The position numbers were made by a program, and so were the translations under genes. Of a stretch of DNA of 41,085 nucleotides, positions 26,206-34,877 are shown one piece after another. Numbering within the stretch: the first letter of the stretch is position 1; every line of letters starts with the position of its first letter. The stretch comes from a virus. The stretch is taken from positions 1 to 41,085 of IMG/VR virus record IMGVR_UViG_3300019468_000025; one strand, written 5' to 3'. The notes under the pieces were generated by a model, which was given only the letters and a program-made list of their open reading frames with translations, had not been told where the DNA came from and did no database searches.

Positions 26206-26256
26206 GTAATCATACAACAATATCTATATTATATACATTATAAAGGTGGTGAGACA

Positions 26257-26427
26257 GTGCTGATAAGTACCAATGAAGTCGCTAAGCGCTATGGTGTAAC
26301 TAATCGCCAGGTGCTATATGCTATTCGTATGAAGAAGATTAAGGGTAAAAAAGTAGGTTGGTCATGGGTGTGTGATACGAGGTATCTACCTGAAAAGTGG
26401 CCCGTTAGAGGTTATAATAATGATTGA
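26257..26427 (+). CDS. Small HTH_17/excisionase-like DNA-binding protein (56 aa, GTG start)
   Basis: An AAGGTGGTGAG ribosome-binding site. The protein reads VLISTNEVAKRYGVTNRQVLYAIRMKKIKGKKVGWSWVC. It is not in the ORF track. Confidence 0.5.
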   Translation: MLISTNEVAKRYGVTNRQVLYAIRMKKIKGKKVGWSWVCDTRYLPEKWPVRGYNND

Positions 26428-28264
26428 TATTTTATTCAAAGTGTGGAACGCTCAGAAAGTGCATGGGTATGTAAGTATGAGCGAGAGGAACACTAACCTC
26501 TCTAGCACCGAGGATGGTTACTGGAGTGACCGTTCGTGGAAGTGGCCACAGGATAAAGCTAAGGTGCAAGAGTGGTATAGTGAACATAGCCAGAAGGACG
26601 GCTATGATATTTACTGGAGCCCAGCCGTGTATAGTAAGCCAGGTAGACACCAGCAAGATGTGATAAGTCACAATGTGTTCTATGCTGACCTTGACCCTGT
26701 GGACCCACGCACCATAGGTACAAAGCCAAGTGTAGCCTGGGAGAGCAGTCCAGGTAGGTACCAGGCTGTGTGGCTCTATCAGAATGACCTCAGTGTAGAG
26801 GATTGGCTCGCAAGGAACCGCAATCTTTCCTATGCTGTGGGCGCTGACAGAAGTGGCTGGGACCTGACCCAAGTGCTGAGAGTACCAGGTGGTAAGAATC
26901 ATAAGTATAAGCCCGTGGTGACAGGTAAACTCTTATGGCAGAGGTGGGACAACCTTGATAGTGTGCCAGAGAGTGAGGTAGAAGTAGTAGTTGATGAGGT
27001 AAGTACGCACGAGAACCTCTTGCTACGACTGCTCACTAAGTACAAGCGAGAGATACCGGCCAAGGTGAGTCGTATGCTACAATATCCACCAAGTCGTATT
27101 GAGCCTGGTCATCGCAGTGATATGCTATGGTACCTAGAGAGTGAACTCGTGAAGTCACAGATACCGCTAGAGGACATAGTGGTTCTTATCCGTGATAGCG
27201 CTTGGAATAAGTATCGTGGCCGCTCTGACGAGCAAGAACGTATCTACACAGAGGTCAGCAAGGTGTACCAACAGAGCATACAAGGTACGCTCCGTGTGAA
27301 AGAGCCTGTGGACGATGTGCTATCAAATTATGAGGACATCATGGGAAGCCTCGTAGATAGGCCTGGTTGGTTGATTCGTGATATATGGATGAAGAACAGC
27401 CATGGTATTGTTGCTGGTGAGCCTAAGACCTATAAAAGTACTATCACCACAGATATAGCCGTGAGTGTAGCGAGTGGCGCTAAGCTATGGGACAAGTATG
27501 AGGTAGAAGACCCAGGGCCTGTGCTTATCATACAGAACGAGAACGCCCCATGGATAGTGAAGAGCCGCCTTGAAGCTATCATAGAGAGCAAAGGCTTAGT
27601 GGGTAATGTCGTACAGAATGGCCGAACGCTCACTATCACATGGCCTCCAGTGTTGCCTATCTATCACATCAATAACAGTGGTTTCTCGCTCGATAGCTCT
27701 GAGGACTGTGATATGCTGATGAGTTATGTGGAGAAGATACGGCCAAAGCTACTGATACTTGACCCACTGTACCTGATGTTCGAAGGTGACATAAACTCCG
27801 CCAAGGAGTTATCGCCAGTGCTCCAGTTCTTGCTCAGTGTACGTGATACCTATGGGTGTAGTATCATGGTCATTCATCACTGGAACAAGAATGGCTCTAG
27901 TAGTCGTGGTGGGCAGAGAATGCTAGGTAGTGCAACGCTACATGGCTGGACTGATAGCTCGCTCTTCCTCAGTAGAGACGAAGGCGATGTAGTCATAGAG
28001 CGAGAGTTCCGATGCGCTAGCAGTGGTGGTAAGCTTGTCCTGCAGGTTGACGCTGACGAGGTAAGGTACAGGGTTAGGGTAGGTGAGCAGAAGGCTGACG
28101 GTGAGGATAGTGTGGGTGTTGTGCTTGACTATCTCAGCATGTACCCTGGTGGACAGAGGTTGTCTGACATCGTGCGAGGGACAGGCCTCACCAAGTATGA
28201 GGTCAGCAAGGTGCTCACAGGAGATAGCCGTGTGAAGAGGAAAGGAGCTCTGTATAGTCTATGA
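26420..28264 (+). CDS. Primase-polymerase N-terminal domain plus AAA_25 (RepA/DnaB-like P-loop) helicase domain
   Basis: A P-loop GEPKTYKST; LILDPLYLMFEGD...MVIHHWNKNG; and an N-terminal DIYWSPAVY...YADLDPVD primase-like region. The internal ATG at 26420 is taken as the start. Confidence 0.55.
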   Translation: MIDILFKVWNAQKVHGYVSMSERNTNLSSTEDGYWSDRSWKWPQDKAKVQEWYSEHSQKDGYDIYWSPAVYSKPGRHQQDVISHNVFYADLDPVDPRTIGTKPSVAWESSPGRYQAVWLYQNDLSVEDWLARNRNLSYAVGADRSGWDLTQVLRVPGGKNHKYKPVVTGKLLWQRWDNLDSVPESEVEVVVDEVSTHENLLLRLLTKYKREIPAKVSRMLQYPPSRIEPGHRSDMLWYLESELVKSQIPLEDIVVLIRDSAWNKYRGRSDEQERIYTEVSKVYQQSIQGTLRVKEPVDDVLSNYEDIMGSLVDRPGWLIRDIWMKNSHGIVAGEPKTYKSTITTDIAVSVASGAKLWDKYEVEDPGPVLIIQNENAPWIVKSRLEAIIESKGLVGNVVQNGRTLTITWPPVLPIYHINNSGFSLDSSEDCDMLMSYVEKIRPKLLILDPLYLMFEGDINSAKELSPVLQFLLSVRDTYGCSIMVIHHWNKNGSSSRGGQRMLGSATLHGWTDSSLFLSRDEGDVVIEREFRCASSGGKLVLQVDADEVRYRVRVGEQKADGEDSVGVVLDYLSMYPGGQRLSDIVRGTGLTKYEVSKVLTGDSRVKRKGALYSL

Positions 28265-29052
28265 TGACAGCGATAGGACGCCTAGGGTATAGGTGGGTAA
28301 ATGTCTATGACGACAGGTGGGAGTGTGAGGGCGAGGACTTACCTCGTCTGGTGATACCCGCCAACAAGAGTTATAGACCTGGTAGGTACAGGATAGGCAC
28401 AGTCTGCACAGATGGTGGCTTGAAGCGTCTGGAGGGTGTACGTGCCAGCAAAGGTACAGGTAGATACGTGTGGGTAGGTACACCTCTGCTGGCTAACATG
28501 GCCATGGCAGGTGTACAGGTGTTCACAATCACTAACTATGGTGATGTCATCAGTCAACCCAGCGAAGGTCACATGCCTATTGTGTGGGGTCACAGGTATG
28601 AAGAGCCACTGTTCGAAGGTATACTGAGCGGTCATTATCGTATAGAGGTTGATAGTCGTTGTAGGGTTAAGAACTGGTACCGAATCCTCAAAAGCGAGAG
28701 ATGGCCACAGAGAGCCTATAACGTAAAGCAATGGGGTGATGACTATAAACGGAAGATGACAGATGGCTATAAAGTTGCCTCAGCTGACCCACAAGGGCGG
28801 AGACGTGTCGAGGTGGTATATTTAGATGGCGAGGACGAGGAAGACGCCCCATGGACGATAATTCGCTATTTGAGGAGCGAAGGTTGGACCACAATACATA
28901 AACGAGGGAATCTGGTGCGTTGTACGGGCAGAGATGCTCCGTTCCTGTTGTGTGGTAATGCTGATTGGCATATACGGGACGGTGTCTACTACGTAGAGCA
29001 GGAAGGCAAAAATCGTGATTATTCACCACTGAGAATGGTGCAAATAGCATAG
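28261..29052 (+). CDS. Hypothetical protein (263 aa, R/W/Y-rich), GC-richer than the surrounding genome
   Basis: An ORF translationally coupled to the primase-helicase. No motif recognised. Confidence 0.45.
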   Translation: MMTAIGRLGYRWVNVYDDRWECEGEDLPRLVIPANKSYRPGRYRIGTVCTDGGLKRLEGVRASKGTGRYVWVGTPLLANMAMAGVQVFTITNYGDVISQPSEGHMPIVWGHRYEEPLFEGILSGHYRIEVDSRCRVKNWYRILKSERWPQRAYNVKQWGDDYKRKMTDGYKVASADPQGRRRVEVVYLDGEDEEDAPWTIIRYLRSEGWTTIHKRGNLVRCTGRDAPFLLCGNADWHIRDGVYYVEQEGKNRDYSPLRMVQIA

Positions 29053-29429
29053 AGGTATGATGTGATTTACCACCAAGACGCGAGCATAGGCTATAGAGTG
29101 ATATCTATGGCCTATTCTTTTTGCAGTCTTTAGGTAGGTGGTAAAGGTACACTGGGTGGTGTAGTGGGTGAGGTAACGCTCGCATGACCTGAGCGCCAAT
29201 CTTACGACAGGTACGGCATAGTGTACTTGCTGAGATGGCGAAGGTCCAAGTGGCCAAGTCAATTTTGTCCGTGTGCACTGTACATCGCCAGCGCTGGATT
29301 CTGTATTGGCGTCCCATCTTTCATCAGGCTCTAACGGTACTATGCGGTGTCGGAGCGTTTTTTCGAACATATGTAGCAAACAGGATTCGCCCACACTACC
29401 TCCGTAACTTCGCCGCTCATAAAATACAT

Positions 29430-29750
29430 TTTTTCCAAATTTTTCCAAACGATTTGTCCGGGACTCCTCGCCAGCCACATTGATAGCATGAACGCCAGTG
29501 CAGTCACCATTTTGGAAAAAATTTGGAAAAAAATGGAAAACTTTTTCCAAAATATTTTTGGGACTTTCGCCGGCGCACTCCAATAGAGAACGCCACCACA
29601 ATTATGAAATTTTTTGGAAAATTTTTGGAAAAAGACTGGCAAAAATTTTCCAAAACTTTTTCCAAAAATTTTTGGCCTCGAGGACTTAATCACACCAAAG
29701 GCAATTATGAATTTTTCGCACCAGGTCATAATTTTTTTGGAAAAAATGAC
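29430..29750. repeat. Iteron-like array of TTTTCCAAAA / TTTTGGAAAA motifs in both orientations
   Basis: At least 12 copies: 29430-29449 (two direct copies); 29511-29540 (three copies); 29543-29552 (inverted); 29612-29633 (two copies); 29647-29668 (two copies, inverted); 29733-29747 (one copy). Confidence 0.7.
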
Positions 29751-29810
29751 GTATTACTACGTAATACGATATACGTAATTTACGTTACGTATTTCGTACA
29801 TCGTATCAGT
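29748..29810. repeat. Cluster of TACGTA-containing palindromes
   Basis: acgtattac-tac-gtaatacg (8-bp arms) plus tacgtaatttacgttacgta, immediately upstream of promoter P5. Confidence 0.55.
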
Positions 29811-29849
29811 AGTACCCCACCAATCCGTAAACTACGAAGAATTTTCTAT

Positions 29850-29880
29850 TTGACACAAGACCACCCTCATATGCTATAAT
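29850..29880 (+). promoter_or_regulatory. Early promoter P5 (TTGACA-19-TGcTATAAT)
   Basis: It shares the 22-bp upstream element cgaagaattttctatttgacac with P6. Confidence 0.5.
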
Positions 29881-29917
29881 GTGAGCAATGAACTGATGAC
29901 ATAACTAGGAGGATAAA

Positions 29918-30130
29918 ATGGAGACTAAAATTTGTGAACTCTTTAAACCCAAAGGCTTGGTGCAAAACCAACCTGTGATGTACAACCGCCAAAGCAAGTT
30001 TATGAACGCTCGCTGGCTCATTGGTCACTATGCTTGCCAGATAAATGGTGTGGATTATGTGTACCTTGGTGGCCGTACCTCATACACACAAGAAGGCATG
30101 ATTGCTGTTGATGAGGTGATACCACTATGA
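29918..30130 (+). CDS. Small protein, paralog 1
   Basis: A GGAGGA ribosome-binding site. It shares W...HYA...G.DYV..GGRTS.T motifs with the next gene. Confidence 0.5.
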   Translation: METKICELFKPKGLVQNQPVMYNRQSKFMNARWLIGHYACQINGVDYVYLGGRTSYTQEGMIAVDEVIPL

Positions 30131-30333
30131 TTAAGCAACGCAAAATGATACCCCATGACGCTGGCCCTGTACCTGTGAATACACCTGTATTCTACCAACC
30201 GCTCTACTCTGATGTGTGGATACCTGCTCACTACGCCGGTCGCAAAGACGGCAAAGATTATGTGTTCAGCTGTGGGCGTACCTCACACACTACTCGTAGT
30301 GTTGTACCCGTGCGAGAGTGGGTGAAGAAATGA
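30127..30333 (+). CDS. Small protein, paralog 2
   Basis: Translationally coupled (ATGA). The paralogous motif reads IPAHYAGRKDGKDYVFSCGRTSHT. Confidence 0.5.
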   Translation: MIKQRKMIPHDAGPVPVNTPVFYQPLYSDVWIPAHYAGRKDGKDYVFSCGRTSHTTRSVVPVREWVKK

Positions 30334-30500
30334 AGCTTACAGATGAACAGGTAGAGGGCTGGAAGGAAGCGTACCATGACAGCTTGAAGAAAAAGAGTAA
30401 TAAACCGGGTGGTGTAGACCCTGTGGGTACATGGAAACCTAAGGGGGGTAAGAAACCTGTGTACCGTTGGGGTGATGACAAACTAGACCACTACCGCTGA
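30330..30500 (+). CDS. Hypothetical small basic protein (56 aa)
   Basis: The start is taken at MKLTDEQ and overlaps the upstream stop. Confidence 0.4.
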   Translation: MKLTDEQVEGWKEAYHDSLKKKSNKPGGVDPVGTWKPKGGKKPVYRWGDDKLDHYR

Positions 30501-30534
30501 TTGGTTGTGTACAATGTAGCGAAGAATTTTCTAT

Positions 30535-30563
30535 TTGACACTACCAAAAATCAATGGTATAAT
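30535..30563 (+). promoter_or_regulatory. Early promoter P6 (TTGACA-17-TGgTATAAT)
   Basis: A near-identical copy of the P5 upstream element. Confidence 0.65.
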
Positions 30564-30612
30564 GTGAGCATAACCAATACTATTTGTTTAACCATGAAAG
30601 GAGGCAAACACC

Positions 30613-30834
30613 ATGGCAAAAGCAAAGAAAGAAGCAGCAGTAGTTACTATCGCTGATTTAGCAGCTGAGTACGAACTCGAAGGCAAGGATATCCGTGCCG
30701 TAGCTCGTAAAATCGGCTTGAAAGCAACTCCCTGTGAGCAAGATGGTTTTGGCCCTAAGTCCAAATACCAATGGGACGCTGATTCCGAAGAATTAGCAGA
30801 CCTTCGTAAAGCTATCGAAGAAAAACTAGCTTAA
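30613..30834 (+). CDS. Small protein with an HTH_17-like motif
   Basis: VTIADLAAEYELEGKDIRAVARKIGLK...KSKYQWDADSEE, and a strong AAAGGAGG ribosome-binding site. Confidence 0.5.
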   Translation: MAKAKKEAAVVTIADLAAEYELEGKDIRAVARKIGLKATPCEQDGFGPKSKYQWDADSEELADLRKAIEEKLA

Positions 30835-30888
30835 CCGTATACTTCCCTATACAACACACACTAACTAAACCTCTATAAATACTTTTCA

Positions 30889-30921
30889 ACACAGCTCAAC
30901 TCTCCTCTGAGCTGTGTTTTT
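30889..30921 (+). terminator. Rho-independent terminator
   Basis: A 10-bp perfect stem acacagctca/tgagctgtgt with a 9-nt loop, followed by TTTTT. Confidence 0.75.
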
Positions 30922-30963
30922 CAGTGTTCAAACTCTGTTTATAAAACTTTTATATTTTTACTG

Positions 30964-30992
30964 TTGACAGAGTTAAAAACTTATGATATGAT
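30964..30992 (+). promoter_or_regulatory. Promoter of the packaging and head operon (TTGACA-17-TGaTATGAT)
   Basis: Consensus spacing, lying upstream of TerS. Confidence 0.55.
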
Positions 30993-31042
30993 GAACTTGT
31001 ACCCGACAGGGTATTTTTTCTTTAGGATTGTGGGGTGATACT

Positions 31043-31543
31043 ATGAAAAAACGGCCTCGCAGCAAAAAGAGCAAGCGCCCTGAGGCAAATGTTATCATAG
31101 CACCTGAGACCGCCCTTCCCGCTCAAAATAGGTACAAAAATAAGCTACTTATGGACCAGCTTCCACCTGACATCATGGGCTTTATACTCGAACATGATAA
31201 CCTTGACGCTCAGCAGATGGTCTATGAAGGCATGATAGTACAATACACTATGATTGTGCGAGCGTTGCGATTCTTGACCATGTGTGAAGAAGCAGGCGAT
31301 ATCTACGTCTCTAAATACTTCGCTAATCTCATGCGTGCAATCAGCCAAGCAAATGCAACTCTTGCTAGTATGGCTGTACAATGGAAGCGTCTACTCGCTG
31401 ACGATATACTCAACGAAGAGCAACGTCTACGAGTGGCTAAGCTTCAAATGGAGATTAAGTTGCTAGACCGAGACACTGACAAAGGTAACCTCCGAGACCT
31501 TGTCAATACGCTCAAAGCTGCCATGGAGGTTGAAGATGATTGA
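31043..31543 (+). CDS. Terminase small subunit (putative)
   Basis: The start is at MKKRPRSKK, with a GGGGTGA ribosome-binding site. The N-terminus is basic. The gene lies immediately upstream of TerL and overlaps it. Confidence 0.45.
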   Translation: MKKRPRSKKSKRPEANVIIAPETALPAQNRYKNKLLMDQLPPDIMGFILEHDNLDAQQMVYEGMIVQYTMIVRALRFLTMCEEAGDIYVSKYFANLMRAISQANATLASMAVQWKRLLADDILNEEQRLRVAKLQMEIKLLDRDTDKGNLRDLVNTLKAAMEVEDD

Positions 31544-32759
31544 GTTTGGCAAATGGGGTCCTAAGCATTTGGAGTTCATATGCTGCCCAATTCATAAAGA
31601 TGCCAGAATCAACATACTAGACGGTAGTGTTCGTTCTGGTAAAACTGTGGCCATGATTCCTAAATGGCTATCCTACATCGAGCAAGGTCCACCTGGACTA
31701 TTGCTGATGACGGGTGTCTCCAAAGATACTCTCTATGATAATGTGCTCAATGACCTATTCGATACCGTAGGCCAAGAGAACTACACCTATAACCGTCAGA
31801 CCGGTGACCTGGTGCTCTTTGGCCGTAAGATTAAGGTCATAGGTGCGAAGGACGAAGGCTCCGAGAAATATCTACGAGGCAAAACACTTGCTGGAGCTTA
31901 CTGTGATGAAGTCTCACTCATGCCTGAGCGATTCTTCAACCAGTTGCTCAATAGAATGTCTGTGGCTGGCTCTAAGCTGTATGCTACGACCAACCCAGAC
32001 ACACCTTTCCACTACCTGTATAAAAACTTCTTGACTGATGAAACCAAGCTATCTTCTGGTATGGTTAAACGCTACCACATGCTACTAGACGACAACCCGA
32101 ACCTAGACCCAGAATACTTGCAATTTATCAAGAGTGCTTATACAGGTATGTGGTATAAGCGAATGATAGAGGGCCAATGGGTGAACGCCGAGGGCCTTAT
32201 CTATGATTCTTTCAATGAGTCCATGGTGTATGAAACTCTTCCTACCTGGGACTATAATGTGGACTACTTCATAGCGATTGACTATGGTACCACTAACCCT
32301 ATGGTATTCTTAGAGATTGTGGATACTGGTGATGACTCCTATGTAGAGCGTGAATACTACTGGAATTCACGTGTAGAGCAACGCCAGAAATCTGACAATG
32401 AATACCTCCAAGACTTGTTGAAATTCATGGGCAATGCTGATAAGTATACCGCTGTCATCATTGACCCATCCGCTGCTTCCTTTATTGCGTTGCTCCGTCA
32501 AAATGGCATTGTGGTAATCGAAGCAGATAATAGTGTGCTAGATGGCATTCGTCTGATGAGTACGATGTTTAATCTAGGCAAGCTGAAAGTGAATAAGTCT
32601 TGTACTAACTTCCTCCAAGAGTTATCCGTGTACCAATGGGACGAGACCTCAGCATTGAAAGGTATTGAGAAGCCTGTGAAAGCGAATGACCATGCCTGCG
32701 ACGCTTGCCGATACTACTGTAAGACGATTGTCCAAGAATGGAGAATGCCTAGCTTATGA
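31536..32759 (+). CDS. Terminase large subunit
   Basis: Walker A DGSVRSGKT and a C-terminal nuclease-like region. The start is taken at MIEFGKW, which has a GGAGG ribosome-binding site. Confidence 0.75.
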   Translation: MIEFGKWGPKHLEFICCPIHKDARINILDGSVRSGKTVAMIPKWLSYIEQGPPGLLLMTGVSKDTLYDNVLNDLFDTVGQENYTYNRQTGDLVLFGRKIKVIGAKDEGSEKYLRGKTLAGAYCDEVSLMPERFFNQLLNRMSVAGSKLYATTNPDTPFHYLYKNFLTDETKLSSGMVKRYHMLLDDNPNLDPEYLQFIKSAYTGMWYKRMIEGQWVNAEGLIYDSFNESMVYETLPTWDYNVDYFIAIDYGTTNPMVFLEIVDTGDDSYVEREYYWNSRVEQRQKSDNEYLQDLLKFMGNADKYTAVIIDPSAASFIALLRQNGIVVIEADNSVLDGIRLMSTMFNLGKLKVNKSCTNFLQELSVYQWDETSALKGIEKPVKANDHACDACRYYCKTIVQEWRMPSL

Positions 32760-34192
32760 GTAAAAGACGTAAGAAAAAGACTGTTGTAGTCAATGACGGA
32801 TTCTCTAACCCGGCCACACGTGCTGGAGCTGGTATGCCTAATGTTCTCAATCACACTATCTACCCATTAGAGCGTAAGTCCTGGGACTACCAGAAACTGA
32901 CTGCACTCTATCGTAACCACTGGGTTATCCAGAACATGGTGAATGTGGTGCCACAAGATATGCTTAAAAACGGCTATGACCTTGTGACTACACTATCACC
33001 AGAAGACCTTGATAAGGTGTGGTCTTTACTTCGTAAGAAGCGAGTGGATACTAAACTTTATGAAGGTCTCGCATGGGGTAGATTGTATGGCGGTGCTATT
33101 GGTGTCATGATTATCAATGATATGCAAAATCTAGACCAACCAATAGACTATGATACACTTATGCCTGATTGCTTTAAGGGTATCTTGATTCTAGACCGTT
33201 GGGTGGGTGTAAACCCTTCTAGTGAGCTAGTCACTGACCTAGATAGTGAAGAACTTAACTTACCAAAATATTACCAAGTCAACCTAGAAGACGGCTCAGC
33301 TGTGAAAATACATCATAGCCGAGTACTTCGCTTTATTGGTCGTAAAATGCCAAAAATGGAAGAGCAAGCAGAGCAATACTGGGGCACCTCGCTGATTGAG
33401 CATATCTTGCCAGAGCTTGAAAAGCGGGATAATGTGTCCTGGAATGTGGCTTTGCTTACTTTTATGGCTAATATGAGGGTAATGAAAGCCCCGGGCGTTA
33501 GTTCAATGATGTTAAGCGGTACAGACGCTGCCCGTGATAAACTTTACAACACAGTGAGTGCTGTAAATGAAATCATGAATAACAATGCTCTCATGTTGCT
33601 TGATGAGAAAGCTAGCTATGAATCACATCAATATACGTTTAGTGGTATTGGTGAGGTTTATGATAGGTTTATGATGGATGTTAGTGGTGCCTGTGGTATT
33701 CCTGTGACTAAACTCTTTGGCCGCTCACCAGCGGGCATGGATGCTACCGGTGAATCTGACTTACAGAACTACTATGATAGAATCGAGGGTGACCAGCAAA
33801 CACAACTCTTGCCAGTGCTAGAGAAATTGATACCAATTATCTTTATCTCTGCTGTGGGTGCTGTCCCTGATGATTTACAAATAGTATTCAACCCAGTAAG
33901 ACGGCCTACTGACGATGAGAAGTCTGACCTTGGTGCTAAGCAAACCTCAGCGGTAGTAGAAGCATTTACAGCCGGACTTATCAGTCAGCAAACAGCTCTC
34001 CGTGAGTTACAGCAATCCTCTGACGTCACCGGAATGTGGTCTAACATTACTGATGAAATTGTAGAGAAAGCTGATACTGAGACTCAGCTGATGGGTGAGG
34101 AGGTGCCGGATGTTGAACAGGCGCTTGGAGCTACAAGTACAGAAGGAGCTCCTAAAGATACTCAAAAAGGCCAAGGTACTGATTCTGAATGA
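32756..34192 (+). CDS. Portal protein
   Basis: A 478-aa ORF translationally coupled to TerL. The call rests on position. Confidence 0.55.
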   Translation: MSKRRKKKTVVVNDGFSNPATRAGAGMPNVLNHTIYPLERKSWDYQKLTALYRNHWVIQNMVNVVPQDMLKNGYDLVTTLSPEDLDKVWSLLRKKRVDTKLYEGLAWGRLYGGAIGVMIINDMQNLDQPIDYDTLMPDCFKGILILDRWVGVNPSSELVTDLDSEELNLPKYYQVNLEDGSAVKIHHSRVLRFIGRKMPKMEEQAEQYWGTSLIEHILPELEKRDNVSWNVALLTFMANMRVMKAPGVSSMMLSGTDAARDKLYNTVSAVNEIMNNNALMLLDEKASYESHQYTFSGIGEVYDRFMMDVSGACGIPVTKLFGRSPAGMDATGESDLQNYYDRIEGDQQTQLLPVLEKLIPIIFISAVGAVPDDLQIVFNPVRRPTDDEKSDLGAKQTSAVVEAFTAGLISQQTALRELQQSSDVTGMWSNITDEIVEKADTETQLMGEEVPDVEQALGATSTEGAPKDTQKGQGTDSE

Positions 34193-34877
34193 GCAAAAGC
34201 TCAAAGCATGGGTCAATAGTACACAGTTCCAAGAGTATACCATTAGCTTAGCTTCTCGTATTGTGAGCAAATTGCTTGGCGGTTATCGTAGACAATACCC
34301 ACAACTTTACCGGCTTATCAGTAAAGAGCGTAGGGCTACGATGATACAAACCCAAGTACTAGAGACTGCCCGTCTGATACGCTCTATGCCATTGAACATG
34401 GCCCAAGAGATATCTGTACAAATTGCTAACCAGCACCTAAAAGGTGTGAGGGCTACAACACTTGCCGCTGAAATATTAGAGAAATACCCACAACTCTCTA
34501 AGGCAAAGGCTAACCTTGTGGCTAGGACAGAAGTGGCTCGTACTAACACTATGCTCCTAGAAAATGACTGCCATGAAGTTGGAATTGGGTGGTATATCTG
34601 GCGGTCTACTCATGACGTTCGCACTCGTTCATCTCACAACCATATGGACGGTGTGGTGTGTTCATGGAGTGACCCACCTAACCCAGAGAAACTAGCTGGG
34701 TCTAGTAAAGACTATGGGTCATACCATCCAGGTTGTATATTTAACTGCCGTTGCTTTCCGTCTCCTTTGGTGACAGCAGACCAAATACCTAGCAACCTAC
34801 AAGTCCACCTTCATGGCAAAATAGTACGACTCTCTAAAAAGGAGTTTATACAAAAATATTGGAAGGAGGTATTGTGA
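34110..34877 (+). CDS. Head morphogenesis protein (Mu F / SPP1 gp7 family)
   Basis: The motif HDVRTRSSHNHMDG...HPGCIFNCRC. The start is ambiguous: a GTG at 34095 or an ATG at 34110. Confidence 0.6.
   Translation: MLNRRLELQVQKELLKILKKAKVLILNEQKLKAWVNSTQFQEYTISLASRIVSKLLGGYRRQYPQLYRLISKERRATMIQTQVLETARLIRSMPLNMAQEISVQIANQHLKGVRATTLAAEILEKYPQLSKAKANLVARTEVARTNTMLLENDCHEVGIGWYIWRSTHDVRTRSSHNHMDGVVCSWSDPPNPEKLAGSSKDYGSYHPGCIFNCRCFPSPLVTADQIPSNLQVHLHGKIVRLSKKEFIQKYWKEVL

Noticed and set aside
29430-29750. The TTTTCCAAAA repeat array considered as a CRISPR array
   Set aside because: The units are 9-10 bp long, occur in both orientations, and lack regular unique spacers, so the array is iteron-like and not CRISPR.
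29023-29879. Six small track ORFs on both strands (29023..29601, 29105..29317, 29235..29483, 29340..29729, 29498..29689, 29523..29879)
   Set aside because: They lie in the non-coding repeat and iteron region, and their peptides (FWKKFGKKW, W/C/H/R-rich) simply reflect the TTTTCCAAAA repeats. None has a ribosome-binding site.
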